Shown: one piece after another, positions 24,177 to 35,538 of the stretch
Layout of the letters: each line of letters starts with the position of its first letter
How positions within the stretch are numbered: the first letter of the stretch is position 1
NCBI RefSeq assembly: GCF_000315625.1
Contig: NW_005434639.1
Coordinates: 62,001-126,000 of the forward strand
Direction: 5' to 3'
Source of the DNA: Guillardia theta CCMP2712
Taxonomy: Eukaryota > Protista > Cryptophyta
Length of the DNA: 64,000 nucleotides
The notes under the pieces: generated by a model
The model's database searches: none
Seen by the model: the letters and a program-made list of their open reading frames with translations, nothing else
Told to the model about the DNA's origin: nothing
Position numbers and translations under genes: made by a program

Positions 24177-27100
24177 ATGACATTGAAAGGGTGGGTGCGC
24201 CTACGGGCCGTCCCTGACATGTCCGACAACCTTGGCGCGCCTTCTGCTCCTTGCTCCTCCTCCTCCGCCTCCTCCTCTCCCCTTCCTCACCCAGCATGGT
24301 GCTCTCAACCCTCCCGCGTCCTCTACCCACCAGCTCACTCTTCTTCCCTTCTCCACTCGCGCCCGACAGCCCATGCTTCCTCTTCCGCAGTCTCCCGCAC
24401 TCTCTCGGATCAGCTCACCGCCTCTCCTCTCGTCTCCTCCTTCCCTGTTCCAGCACAGGATCCTTCCTCTCCTCCTCTTCCTCACCCTGCTGCTGACTCC
24501 GTCTCAATTGGCCTCTCTCTCTTCGCTCCAGAAGTCCGCACCCAGAACAAAATCGAGAACTTCCGTGGAGCAGGGAAGACAGAAGGGCCCCGGACTCTCT
24601 TCAACCTGGTTGATGATGATGCTCGAACTGGCAAGGGAAGCATTGACAACGAGCATGAGAGCGCGGAACCGTCCTCGCTCTTCGCAGCGGGAACCGATTG
24701 CCTGGCGCCCTTCACTCCGGCGCAAGAAGAGGTAGCAGAGTGGAAATTCCCGAGCAAAGAGAACCAGAGAGGAGGAGTTTGGCTGATAGGGAGCAGAGTG
24801 AAGCTGTACTGGGAGGATGACGATGAGTGGTACGAAGGCAGAGTGCTGGACTTCATCTCCACACCTCAGCACGACAGTCATGGACAGTTCGGGTGCTTGC
24901 ACAAGATCGAATACGTAGACGGGATTTTCTCAGAAGTGATCGATGAAAATACAGTCTGGCAGTATCTTGCAGATGCGAAGACGATAAAGAAGCTGAGGAA
25001 GTACAACGAGCAGCGACAGTCTTCATCGGCAGCTGCAGCCTCGACATCAAAACCATCCAAGTCAACTGAGCGGTGACGGGGAATCGAGGGGTGGAAGAGG
25101 GAGGATGATGTTTGAGCAGGAAGGAGCGGCGGTCTGATCCGAAGAAGAAGGCCAGGAAGGAGGGGAGAGGAAGGGAGGGGGAGGGGGGGGAGGGAGAATC
25201 AGCGCAGCAGACGTCCCAGGGAGAGCGCAGGTTTATACACGCATGCTTTCTTTCTCATGAGCCCTGAAGGAGATGTTGATATGAGCAGCTCAAGATGTTC
25301 CCGGACGAACATAAGCTTTCATGAGTCTGACTGTGAAGCCTTCGAGGTCTGTCCTCCCTCCTCCTCATCCTCCTCCTCCTCCCACTACTCTTCCTCCCAC
25401 CTTCTTCTCCTCCTCCCACTCCCACTCCCCCTGACGCATTGTCTTCCTCGTGCAGTCCGACGAAATCTTCGCGCCCAACAAGGTGCAGAGGTGTTTTGTC
25501 GATGCTTGTAGCTGACGAGCAGCAGCGCAAGAGGGGGAGGAGTGAGACGTCCAAGAAGAGTCAACCAAGAAGCTGCTCTCCCTCCAAGGGATCAACGGCC
25601 TCCGAGCCTGCGCAGAACTTGAACTCCTTGAGGAAAAAGGTGAGTCAGAACACCAACAACAATGCCGTCAACGTCATCATCATTATCATCATCATCACCA
25701 CCACCACCACCATTGACATAGTCACCAACATAATCATCGTCCTCCTCGTATCTCGACCAGCAGCATGATAAACATCACCACACCACCATCACCATCGCCG
25801 TCTCTTTCATTTCAGAATAGAATGCCATAAACTGACTGGTGGGCGGTGAACAGAAGCTGCATGTCAAGTTGGGACGTCACAAAGTCCACAAAAATTTCCT
25901 GTACGACAGTATTGACCCGCTGTACATGGGATGCAGACTCGAGCTGAAGGAGGAGGGAGGATGGAGAAGATGCAGCGTCATCAAGATCTTGAGCGACAAT
26001 CAGACAGCTCGGCTGCTCTTGGACGACGGGCTGACGGTGCGGCAGGGGGAGCAAGAGCAAGAGCAGAAGGAAGATGAGAAGCAGAACGAGGAGGAGGAGG
26101 AGGAGGAGGAGGAGGAGGAGGAGGATCAGAAGCAGGAGGAAGAGGATCAGATGCAGGAGGAAGAGGAGGATCAGGAGGAGGAGGAAGTGCTGGTGGTTTT
26201 GGTGGTGGTGAGATTTTCTTTGTGGCAGGAGGTGGAGAGAAATTTTTACCCCTACGAAATGCACAGGGCACCGCCGACGGGTCTCTACAACCTTGCGGGA
26301 GACTTGAGGTATCCACCCGCCTCCTGCTGTCGGCAGAGGTGAAGGAAGTTTGCAGGCTGCCGCTGGGACTTGACTCGTGGGATGAAATGAGGCCGGGATG
26401 TCACATCCGTGCGCTGTTCGACGATGGTTTCCACTACCTCGGCATCATAGTATACGAGAACGCGAGCGAGGTTCCTTCCTCTTCCCTCCCTCCTCCCTCC
26501 TCCCTCCTCCTCCCTCCTTCCTCCTTTTCCACTCCTCACTCCTCACTCCTTCTTCCTCCCTCCCCCTTTCCTCCCTCAACGCTTCCTCCGCTCCTCTTGA
26601 GCTCCTCCTGCTTCTCCTCATGGTGCTATCTGGTGTACGAAGCTTGTTTTCTCTTCTTCTCCTCTCCATGATGCACTTGCCCATCTTCTCCCCTTTCATC
26701 GTCTTCTTCACCTAGCCATACATGGTTCTGATTTTCAGCCAGTGCAAGGACAAGAGGTCGTTTCACATCATTTTCGAGGACGGCGATGAATTCGACGCCA
26801 TGGTTATAATCGTCCTCCCACTTATGCCATTTTTCCTTTCCTACTCCTCTCCTTCCTACTCTCACGCTCGCCTATTTCTCCCTCTCCTCTCTCCTCTCTT
26901 CAACCTTGCCTCTCTCTTCTCCTCTCTCCCCTCTTCTCTCGTCCCTTCCTCCTCTCTCCCCTCTTCTCTCGTCCCTTCCTCCTCTCTCCCCTCTTCTCTC
27001 GTCCCTTCCTCCTCTCTCCCCTCCTCTCTCATCCCTTCTCCACTCCTCTCCTTGTCTCGCATGTTTCCTCCTTACTCGTGATCCCTCCCTCGCTCACCAC

Positions 27101-27741
27101 TCAGCAGGTGCCGGACCCTGAGATCAGCCCCGTGCCCCTCTACTGCAGCGAGTGGCTGCTAAGGATGGGCAGCAAGTGGTGGGGGCATCGATACGCTGCT
27201 ATGCTGCGGGCTGGGCTGGAGGCGAAGATAAGGACAATGGGAGAAATGGAGGAAATAGTGGAGAGAGAGTACCCCCGAGAAGGTAAGAGGAGGGGAGGGG
27301 GGGGAGGGTAACCAGGGTACGGGAGAAGGAGACTGTCAGGAGGGGAAGAAGAGGAGGTAGAGGGAGGGGGAAGGGATGAAAGAGGAAGAGAAGTGAGGAA
27401 AGAGGAAGAGGAGGGAGAAGGAGAATGGATAAGGAGGAGGAGGAGGAGGAGGAGGAGGAGGAGGAGGAGGAGGAGGAGGAGGAGGAGGAGGATTTCGCTG
27501 ACATTGGTGGTGAAAAGCCAAGCACGGTCATCACTCCCGTCACTCGCACTTGTCATCGCATCACTCGTCAACGGAAGGCAGTTGGATGAACAGGGACGAT
27601 CATCACGTGCTCAAGAAGATTCGACTTAGAGAAGATGGCTCTTATATCGCCAAGAGAGACTTGCTAAGATTTGTACGCTTCCCCCCTAAATCCCCTCACC
27701 CCTCCCCTATTCCTCCTCCTCCTCCTCCTCCTCTTCCTCCA

Positions 27742-27837
<96 letters not shown>

Positions 27838-29201
27838 ATTTGTTTCCTCCACCGCCCTCATCCTCGTCCTGCACTCCTCCTCACCTCTTTTGTGTACCTC
27901 CTCCCTTCCTCCTTCCCCTTCATTTCTCGTTTTCTCCCATTCCGGCTTGCAACCTTTCCTCCCTCTCCTTCTTGTGATAACCACAACTGCTACCACTGCC
28001 AGCTCCTTCCTCTTCTCCTTCCTCTTTCCCATTTCTCTCATCACCGCACTTCAATGTCGTCCCCGCCTCTTCCTCTTCCTCCCTCCTCGCCCTGCTGCCC
28101 CTCACTCCTTGTTCGCAGGTCAAACAACGGGGAGGAGTAGCAGCGCTGGATGAGAGGAAGGGATGGCACGAGGTGGTGAAGCTGCTGCGGGTGAATCATC
28201 CCAACATGGAGGAAGCATGCCGGCTCCTGCGATCCTGGTCGCTAGAGCCCAAGAACCACTTCCACAAGGATCATGATAGGGGCGGGAAGGAGAGGGAGGG
28301 AGGGGAGGGGAGGGGGGGCGGAGAGGAGAAAGAGGTAAGTTTCATCCCCCGCTACATCGACTGGGGGAGAGAGCAGGTACCTACCTGCCTTTACGAGGTC
28401 CACAAGAAGATTCTTGTCTCGATCTTTCCGCCAGAGCTCATCGCCGATGGGGAGGTGCTGAAGCATTCGCAAGCCTGGAAGAAGTGTGCCCTGATAGGAA
28501 ACGCCTGCTCCAAGAAATGCTCCTGCCCCTTCACCACCGCCGAGGAGCTGCATGACGGCATAGAGCGACAGCGGGCAGCGAGGAGGAGAGTCGGCGACGA
28601 GGACAGGATGGAGGAGGAATTTGTGCAGGAGGAGCGTAGCAAGGGCAGGGATCGCAGATACCAGTTCCAGCCTGCAGACTGCAACGACTTCCTGGTGAGG
28701 TTTAAGGCAGCAGAAGATGAGGAGGAGGAGTCGGCCGACGAGGACGCGCCCAATGACTCGGGCTACAGCATGCAGAACCCCTTCGTCGACCCCTACATGT
28801 ACCACCGGTGCTGTGGAATCACATTCCTGCGCAAGAAGGACCTGGTCCTCCACTGGGAGAGGCGGCACAGGGACGGGGTGGTCCCTTGCGACCAGGGGTA
28901 CGAGGAGCTAGGAAAGTCTTCTCGCACCAGGATCAACATGTTCGGGCTGGGGCGGCCGATGGTGCTGAAGCAGGCGGAGCTGACGCTCAGCACAACCCCG
29001 GCAGATGTGCTGGTGTACAGGAGCGATGGAGGAGACGGCGAGATGAGCAGGCAGGGGACGGGGGGGAAGAACGGAAAGTTCCTGTCCTCACAGACGCTGG
29101 AAGCACGACTGGGCCCCTTCGCCGGGCTGGTGGCCGACCGTCTCCCACACTTCCTCTTCCAAGAAAGCGAGCCAGCTGGTCCTGACCTCGTCATCCGATA
29201 G
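24177..29201 (+). CDS. Putative chromatin protein with several Tudor/Agenet-like domains and a C-terminal C2H2-like zinc finger, multi-exon
   Basis: LIGSRVKLYWEDDDEWYEGRV…HKIEYVDG is a PDS5/MSH6-type Tudor. Further Tudor-like segments are GCRLELKEEGGWRRCSVIKIL…LLLDDG and PGCHIRALFDDGFHYLGII…FHIIFEDGDE. The zinc-finger-like motif is CCGITFLRKKDLVLHWERRH. Boundaries are approximate. Confidence 0.6.
26910..27035. repeat. Intronic 30-bp tandem repeat, about 4 copies (ctcttctctcgtcccttcctcctctctccc)
   Basis: Visible directly. Confidence 0.9.
27742..27835. repeat. (CAT)n microsatellite, about 31 units, intronic
   Basis: Visible directly. Confidence 0.97.
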
Positions 29202-29469
29202 GATCGAGGAGGGAGAGGAGCGCGTGAAAGGAGAGGAAGAGAGGCAAGGGGAAGGGGACAGAGCCAGGTGAGGGAAGGGAAGGGAGAGCAGAAGACGGTG
29301 AAAGGCGAAGCAGATCATACAAGTATGATAGCTATTACTAATTCCGAATCAGAGGGAGGCAATGTAGATACCGATAGGAAGGAGGCCAGAGCTCTAGAGC
29401 AATACAGGGACTTCACCCATGATCCTTTCGACGCCTCTGCTGTCTCCCCAGCTATTCCTCCCCTTTTCT

Positions 29470-30537
29470 TCACACCGAGACCACGCCCACGTGGTCAATC
29501 TTGATCTCCACATCCTCCGCACCAGCAGCCCCAGCTGCCTTCCCCTCCCCGCTGAGCTTGCGAACTTGGTCCAGGACCTCGAAGACGCTCGGGCGCACGT
29601 CAGGGTCCACCAGGAGGCAGCGGCTGATTACGTCGAGGAGAGCAGCAGAGTACATCTGGTCCCCGCCCTTTCCTGTGGGGAAGGAGAACCTGCCGCTGAG
29701 TATGGAGAGGGGGGACTGAGGATCGAAAGGGAACTTGTTGAAGCACATGTTGTAGAGGAGAACGCCCAGGGCCCACACGTCCACTCGCTCGTCGATCCTC
29801 TTCCTCTGGTACAGGTCCACCATCTCCGGCGCTCGGTACGCGAGCGTCGTGAACTTCTGAATACGCTCCTCCTCCTCTAGAATGTCCTTCCTGGTCTCAT
29901 AGACCTGCGCCCTCGTGGTAGCAGAGCCGAAGTCGCATAGCACCAGCCTGACCCTCCCAGGAGAGGAAGCATCCATCTCCCCGTGCAGCAGCACGTTCTC
30001 CAGCTTCACGTCCCTGTGGGCGATCGGAGGGCTCTGCGAGTGCAGGTGGGCAACGGCGTTGCAGACTTGACCGAAGAGGAGAAGAAGGGCTTGCTCCGAG
30101 AGCACCTGCCCCTCCTCCCGCAGGCGATTCATCACGTCCTGCAACCCGCCGCCAGGATAAAAGTCCGTCAGCAGCAGGACTTCCGTCGCTATCACCCCGC
30201 CGGGCAAAGCTATCTTTCTCTGTGCCGAGGATCGGTATCGTACGATGTTGGGATGGAGAGGGAGCGTCTTGAGGAGCTCGATCTCCTCTATCGCCCGCGC
30301 CACGTCGTCCCTCTCATGGCAGACTATCCTCTTCAGCGCAAGAGTTCTTCTCCGCTCCAGCATGTCGTACGCTACATGAACGAAAGAGTAACCCCCTTCC
30401 GCGATCACCGGCCCAATCCTCACACTCCTTCCTGCGACTTCCACCAGCTCGCCAAACCCGAGGAAACGCGGGAGGTAGCGACGATAGACCGTCTGAATGA
30501 GCGAGAAGATGCGACTGAAGCAATTAAGAGCCTCCAT
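29470..30537 (-). CDS. NAK-family Ser/Thr protein kinase (AAK1/GAK/STK16-like), intronless, 355 aa
   Basis: Motifs include IAEGGYSFV, ALKRI, HPNIV, PPIAHRDVKLENVLL, LCDFGSA, KFTTLAYRAPEMVDLY and DVWALG. Confidence 0.93.
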   Translation of the reverse strand: MEALNCFSRIFSLIQTVYRRYLPRFLGFGELVEVAGRSVRIGPVIAEGGYSFVHVAYDMLERRRTLALKRIVCHERDDVARAIEEIELLKTLPLHPNIVRYRSSAQRKIALPGGVIATEVLLLTDFYPGGGLQDVMNRLREEGQVLSEQALLLLFGQVCNAVAHLHSQSPPIAHRDVKLENVLLHGEMDASSPGRVRLVLCDFGSATTRAQVYETRKDILEEEERIQKFTTLAYRAPEMVDLYQRKRIDERVDVWALGVLLYNMCFNKFPFDPQSPLSILSGRFSFPTGKGGDQMYSAALLDVISRCLLVDPDVRPSVFEVLDQVRKLSGEGKAAGAAGAEDVEIKIDHVGVVSV

Positions 30538-31470
30538 GGCTGCTCAGCGCATTCGATGAGCGCAAAAGCACAAACAAATTTGGTCAGATAAAGGGGGGCA
30601 AGCTTGGCCGAGCGAGCTGAAATTCGATGGAAATAAGAAGGTTGGAACAAAGAGGAGGACAGAGAGGAGAGGAGAAGAGGAGGATCAGGTTGGGGGGTAT
30701 TGCATGATACTGGCCCGCACAAATCGAAAGCAGCCAAGCGCTACGGTGGGGAAGAGGGAGGAGAAACGAAGGCAAAAGAAAAGACAGCACGATCAGAGAG
30801 TGACTGTGCGGTCTGTGGCCTCTGACAACGAGGACGAGGACGAGGACGAGGAGGGGGAGGAGGACGAGGAGGGGGACGAGGACGAGGACCAGTCTGTTGT
30901 GGCAGGGGACCCGGCAGGCAGGGGGCAGGAGACAGCGGGGAGGGAAGAAGGGGTACTAAATTGGGGCAATTTTAGGGTAGACCTGACCGGAGGGTGAGGA
31001 GATGGGGAATGTATGGGTACTTATTGGGGAAAGAGGGGGTACGGTTGACCACCCTTACCCCTACAACCCTTCCAATAACCCCTACCATCTCTATAGGCTC
31101 AAAAAGTACCGGTCCATCTAGTCAACGGCAACCGTTGATCGGCCATGCGGCGCGAACAGCGACAGACGATGTCGTCGTGTCCTGCTCCTCCTCTCGTCCT
31201 CTTGTGCCGAGGATCGAGAGGATAAGAGAAGACGAGGAGGAGAGAAGGAGAGGAGGAGAGGAGGAGAGGAGAGGGGGAGAAGCGGGAGTTGTTGAATGGC
31301 AAGCGCACGGCGGATGAACTTCGGAAGAGTACTATTCCAACCGTCGTTTTAGAGCATGATTGACTCTGATAGAATCTCTAGGAAAGCTCAACTGAGCAAG
31401 GAGCTTGTCAATGTGATCTGGTCTAGTCACTGACATTTTCAATGGGCTCAGTCTCCACCTTTCAGCCAGA

Positions 31471-33426
31471 ATGTCGACAGAGCAGAGAAAAGCTGCTTTG
31501 GTGCGACTGGGGTAATGATGAAACTTGAGCCAATAACTCGCCATGGGACTGACGATCTCCTGCTAGATACTTCGGCGAACCTTCCTACACATCCATCGGA
31601 GAGCCTTATGACAACAAGGGCAACAAAGACGAGCGATCAAGTAGACCCTCTGCCATCGGGCGCTGCTGTTATGACTTAGTTTGCAGAGGGGTTGCAACTC
31701 CTGGGTACCATCTCGAAGAAGGGCAAGTACAGGTTGGCGCGTGATGGAGACGTCGACGTTGGAGCTGATATGGATCGATAGCATGATCAACGGATACTTC
31801 GATTCCAAGTACAACGCCGTGGGCTGTGGAGTTGGTTGCCCTTACACGACATTGGACAAAGTACAAGCGTGAGTGCCGGAGAGCAGAAAGTGTCGAAAAC
31901 TAACGTTTGATCTTAAGGCAAGAAAACCTGGCTAAGAAGAAACTTCAGATATCTGTCAGCCTCTGCCTTCCTACGTCTCGGATGTGACGCCTCGTGTGAC
32001 AGGAAAACCCATGGAGGCCGGCCAACCCTTCCAAGAAGGCGGGAGGAACCGGGTTGGGTAACCGAGGAAGTCATTATGGTACTGTCAACTACATTGGGGC
32101 GAAAACTCCAGCGTTTCCCTTCGGTGGAAGGATCGAATACGTGAGTTGCACACCAATCCTCTTCCACTTTGTCTGCTGCCGCCACCTTCCCTTCCTCTCC
32201 CTCCCTCCATCGCTCGCTCGCTCCTTCAGTGCAGTGCCTCTTATGAAGAGTCCCCAGGTTCCGCAAGGAACGATGGAAAAGCTGAAGCGATCAGACGTTC
32301 ATCATGATCCTCCCAACATCGTCACCAACCCAATCAAGCGCGGAGGGTTCGGCTTCGCCAACAACACTATCGGAGTCCCTCAGAACGCTGGAGAAAGGCG
32401 TCAGTGGATCCAGCAAAGTTGCTATTTCTATGCGGCCGATCCCTACGATGGAGCCAGGCGAGTTTCTCGTTGGTTCTGCATGTGACTGGAGCATCTGAAA
32501 TCCCAGCAGAGAAAGGCGCAAAGAGGAGCGGGAGAGAGCTCCCAAGAACGTGAGCGATGCTCCCTTCAGGCCGGCAAGTTACGCGTTCCATGGAGGTGAG
32601 AGAGAGGAGACGGCAAGGGCTGAAACCAAGGGAGCTCACCGGCTGATTTTCTAGGTCCTGGCCGGTGGGTGGGAACGAAAGTTGGAGACAAGAAGAGCTA
32701 CGGCGGACAGGTAAACTGCCTATCGTTACCCTCCTCCGTTCGCCTCCCTCCTCGCCTCCCTCCTCTTCCCCCTCGTCCACCTCCGTTCTGGCTCATGCTT
32801 GGATGGCAGATCAATCCATATCCTGAGTGGGTAGCCGATCCCTACATGGAGAAGAAGCGAAGGTGAAGGGACTAGGAGAGTCAGGGCGTGAGTGACGGAG
32901 AGCGGCAGAGTTGTCTCAGAGGCTGAAGCCTCCCGCGAGCCCTTCCGGCCTTCAAACCCTTCCAAGAAAGCTGGGTGCGTTCAGTCGCTTCTTTCCCATC
33001 AAACTTTCGCCCTCCCTTGCCCTTGTCCCAAGCTCTGTTTACCTTGTACATGCCATCTCCTAGCCCCTCACTCGCCGTTGTGTTGCAGACCCGGACTGTG
33101 GGCAACGCTGGGGACCAAGAAAGGAGGACTGATGCACAAATTCCCCGAGTACAAGGAGGATTTCTTCGGGAACAGGCAGATGATTGAGAAGGAGGAGCGG
33201 AAGAAGTTCAGAGAGTTCCAAGAGAAGGTCAGATCGTTTCTTGTTCGCCTGCAACATCCTTCTCATATTATCCTGCAGATGAATCGCCCGGCATTTTCGG
33301 CGACGGTGCCCGCACAGCCGAGGTAGGAGGGAGGGAGAGGCGGAGAGGCGGAGGATAGGAAGAGCTGAGAGGAGCGGCAGGTCGACCAGGACAGTCTCCA
33401 TCTTCAAGATGAACATCAAGATCTAA
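31471..33426 (+). CDS. CFAP96: Cilia- and flagella-associated protein 96 (C4orf47/DUF4586-like), multi-exon
   Basis: The spliced product reads MSTEQRKAALVRLG|YFGEPSYTSIGEPY…GYFDSKY…GSHYGTV…PNIVTNPIKRGGFGFANNTIG…YAADPYD. It matches remembered CFAP96 motifs (RIGLFSEMEYITVGDKY, GYFD, GSYYGTI, NLYTNPGKKGTGYGYANITIG). It ends SIFKMNIKI*. Confidence 0.78.
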
Positions 33427-33899
33427 TCTTTCTCGTTCGTACGCAATTCTTATCCCCTCCATAGGACAGCTCGCAATCAATGTAAATCAGAACAACTTCT
33501 ATTGATATAAGTATAATGAAAAAAGGTCAATCTCAGCCCATCGCTCGCTCTCCCCTCGCTCCCTCCCCCTCCAATCATCAACATCCATTCTTACCTCCCC
33601 CCCTGCTTCTCTGCTCCTCCTTTCACTCCCCCATCCCTCCTCCTTCATACAAGTATCGTCCCCTCAATGTCCATTCACAGTGAAGCGAACTCGCATACTG
33701 TCTCTCCAGATAAAAGGCACATTAGCGGGCCACCTACGGTGTGAAGCTCAGCGAAGATCATGACATGTGGAGGGGGTGAGTACGAAAGGTCCAAAGAAGG
33801 GGAGGAAAGAGAGAGGACAGAGGAAGGCGACAAGAAATGAGGAGAGGCAAGGGAGAGGATCAAGGAGAGACTGGGGAAGGACGAAGGGGAGAGCGAGGA

Positions 33900-34528
33900 G
33901 GGGATGAAGGAGAGAGTCTCACGGTATCATGTTCCTTCGCTGCGATCTCGGCACTCCTTTAGATCCTACGTCTCTCCTGCAGGCGTCGGTGAGGGATGGC
34001 CCGACCGTCCCCATGCAGCTCTCTCAGTCTCACCGCACGGCTGAAGCCTTCGGGGTGGAAGAGACTTGAACGGTTGAGACTTCTCTGTGATTCTTCTCCA
34101 GCTCCTCCACTTCGTTGATCTCCGCGATCGTCTGGCATGCAAGCAACATGAGGCAGGCGCACATGCTGTCAAGCGCCTTCACCTTATCCTTCCACGCTTG
34201 AAGCAAGACCTCATCGTCGATCGTTTCAATTTCAGGCGGATCTTCAACCATGTCGTAGATCTTCGTGAGTTCCATGGCTAACAACTTTGATCGCTTATTC
34301 GCTTCTGTCAAGATTGACTCAACGTCCGTCCGCAGCCGCTTCAACCCTTGAGAGTTGTCAGAGGGTAGAAATTCAGGGCAGAATACTTCTCTCCGTACCT
34401 GCCGCATCGTCGGGCACTCCCTTCTCCACCGCTTCTTCAAAGCTCCGAACAAAGATGTCCTCCAGGCGAGCAAGCTCGGGGAGTCCAAGCGTGTTCGACT
34501 TGAGCCGCTGCTTGCTGACTGACTGCAT
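33900..34528 (-). CDS. Hypothetical coiled-coil protein (MQSVSKQRLKSNTLGLPELARLEDIF…), multi-exon, 3' end uncertain
   Basis: A short GT-AG intron at ~34348-34398 joins the frames, and the exons are helical and acidic. Confidence 0.5.
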
Positions 34529-35538
34529 CCTTTCTGGGTCAAAGCTTCACGGCTCCTTCACTGATGGCACTGATAACACTCATCATCTTTCTATTCACAG
34601 AGGAGAAGGAGAATGTTGACAAGGAATGAGGAGATCATCAAAGAAACGTCAGGATAACTTCAGAGGCCTCAGCAGTATGAAGGCTTTGATCAGGGTTTGA
34701 CTGTGCGGCTCTTAACTATCCCATCTTATCTCTATCGTGACATGGTGCCATCTGGTAATTCGAACATGTGGAACAATACATCTCATCGGGCTCTCAGAAT
34801 TTCTGTTAGCACTCGCAGACTCCTACTTTGAATGTCTGGTGACCTGGAATGTTGTCGAACAGATGTTCAACCATGATTGCTCATGGCTGCCCTTCTAAGT
34901 TCCTCTCCTTCTCCCTAATTCTCTCATTGTTGCTCCTCTCACCCTGCTCCCTCCCTCTCTCTGCCTTCCCTCCCTCCTACAACCTTTCCTCCTCCCTCCC
35001 TCCTCCCTCCCTCCTCCCTCCCTCCTCCCTCCCTCCTCCCTCCCTTCCCCTTGCCCAGCCTTCCAGCATCAAACTCCGACCGTTACATCTATGGCTGGGC
35101 TCCACAACGGCCCCGGTGTGCCCGATCATGGCCGCTGACTCAGTGAGAGGGGCCGGCGCGGCCGGGCCGGTCACCGAGTCCGCGCTCGGCGCGGCCCGCC
35201 GGGCCGGTGACTGTGACCCGGTCGGACCCGGGCAACTAGTCACTCGGACGGTTGAAAGCCTCAGTCCGACCGTACACCGGGCCGTGTCAACGTGTTCAGA
35301 CGCCGGACGGTTGCGCCGCTTCCGCAGTGCTGGCCGCTCATCGGCTCGGTTGAGGGGCATATGCCAGGGCCTGCATCAGGGCCCCCCCGGCAACAGGGCC
35401 GGTAACAGGGCCGGTATCAGGGCCGGCATCAGCTGCGGCATCAGCGCCAGACTCGGAAGGGGATGAGGGCCGCTGGGATCGGAGGCTTCGCCGGATCAGG
35501 ATCGGAGTTCTGCTGGTAGCTTCGGTCGTAGCGACGAC

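Noticed and set aside
27550-28153. Poly-His, poly-Met and poly-Ile ORFs
   Set aside because: Translations of an intronic (CAT)n microsatellite.
29202-29504. Stop read-through or an extra exon overlapping the NAK kinase 3' end
   Set aside because: The frame stays open after the TAG at 29201, but I found no frame-compatible splice site. This is unsupported without cDNA.
33900-34528. Kinetochore Nsl1/Mis14 assignment
   Set aside because: Only generic coiled-coil resemblance, which is insufficient evidence.
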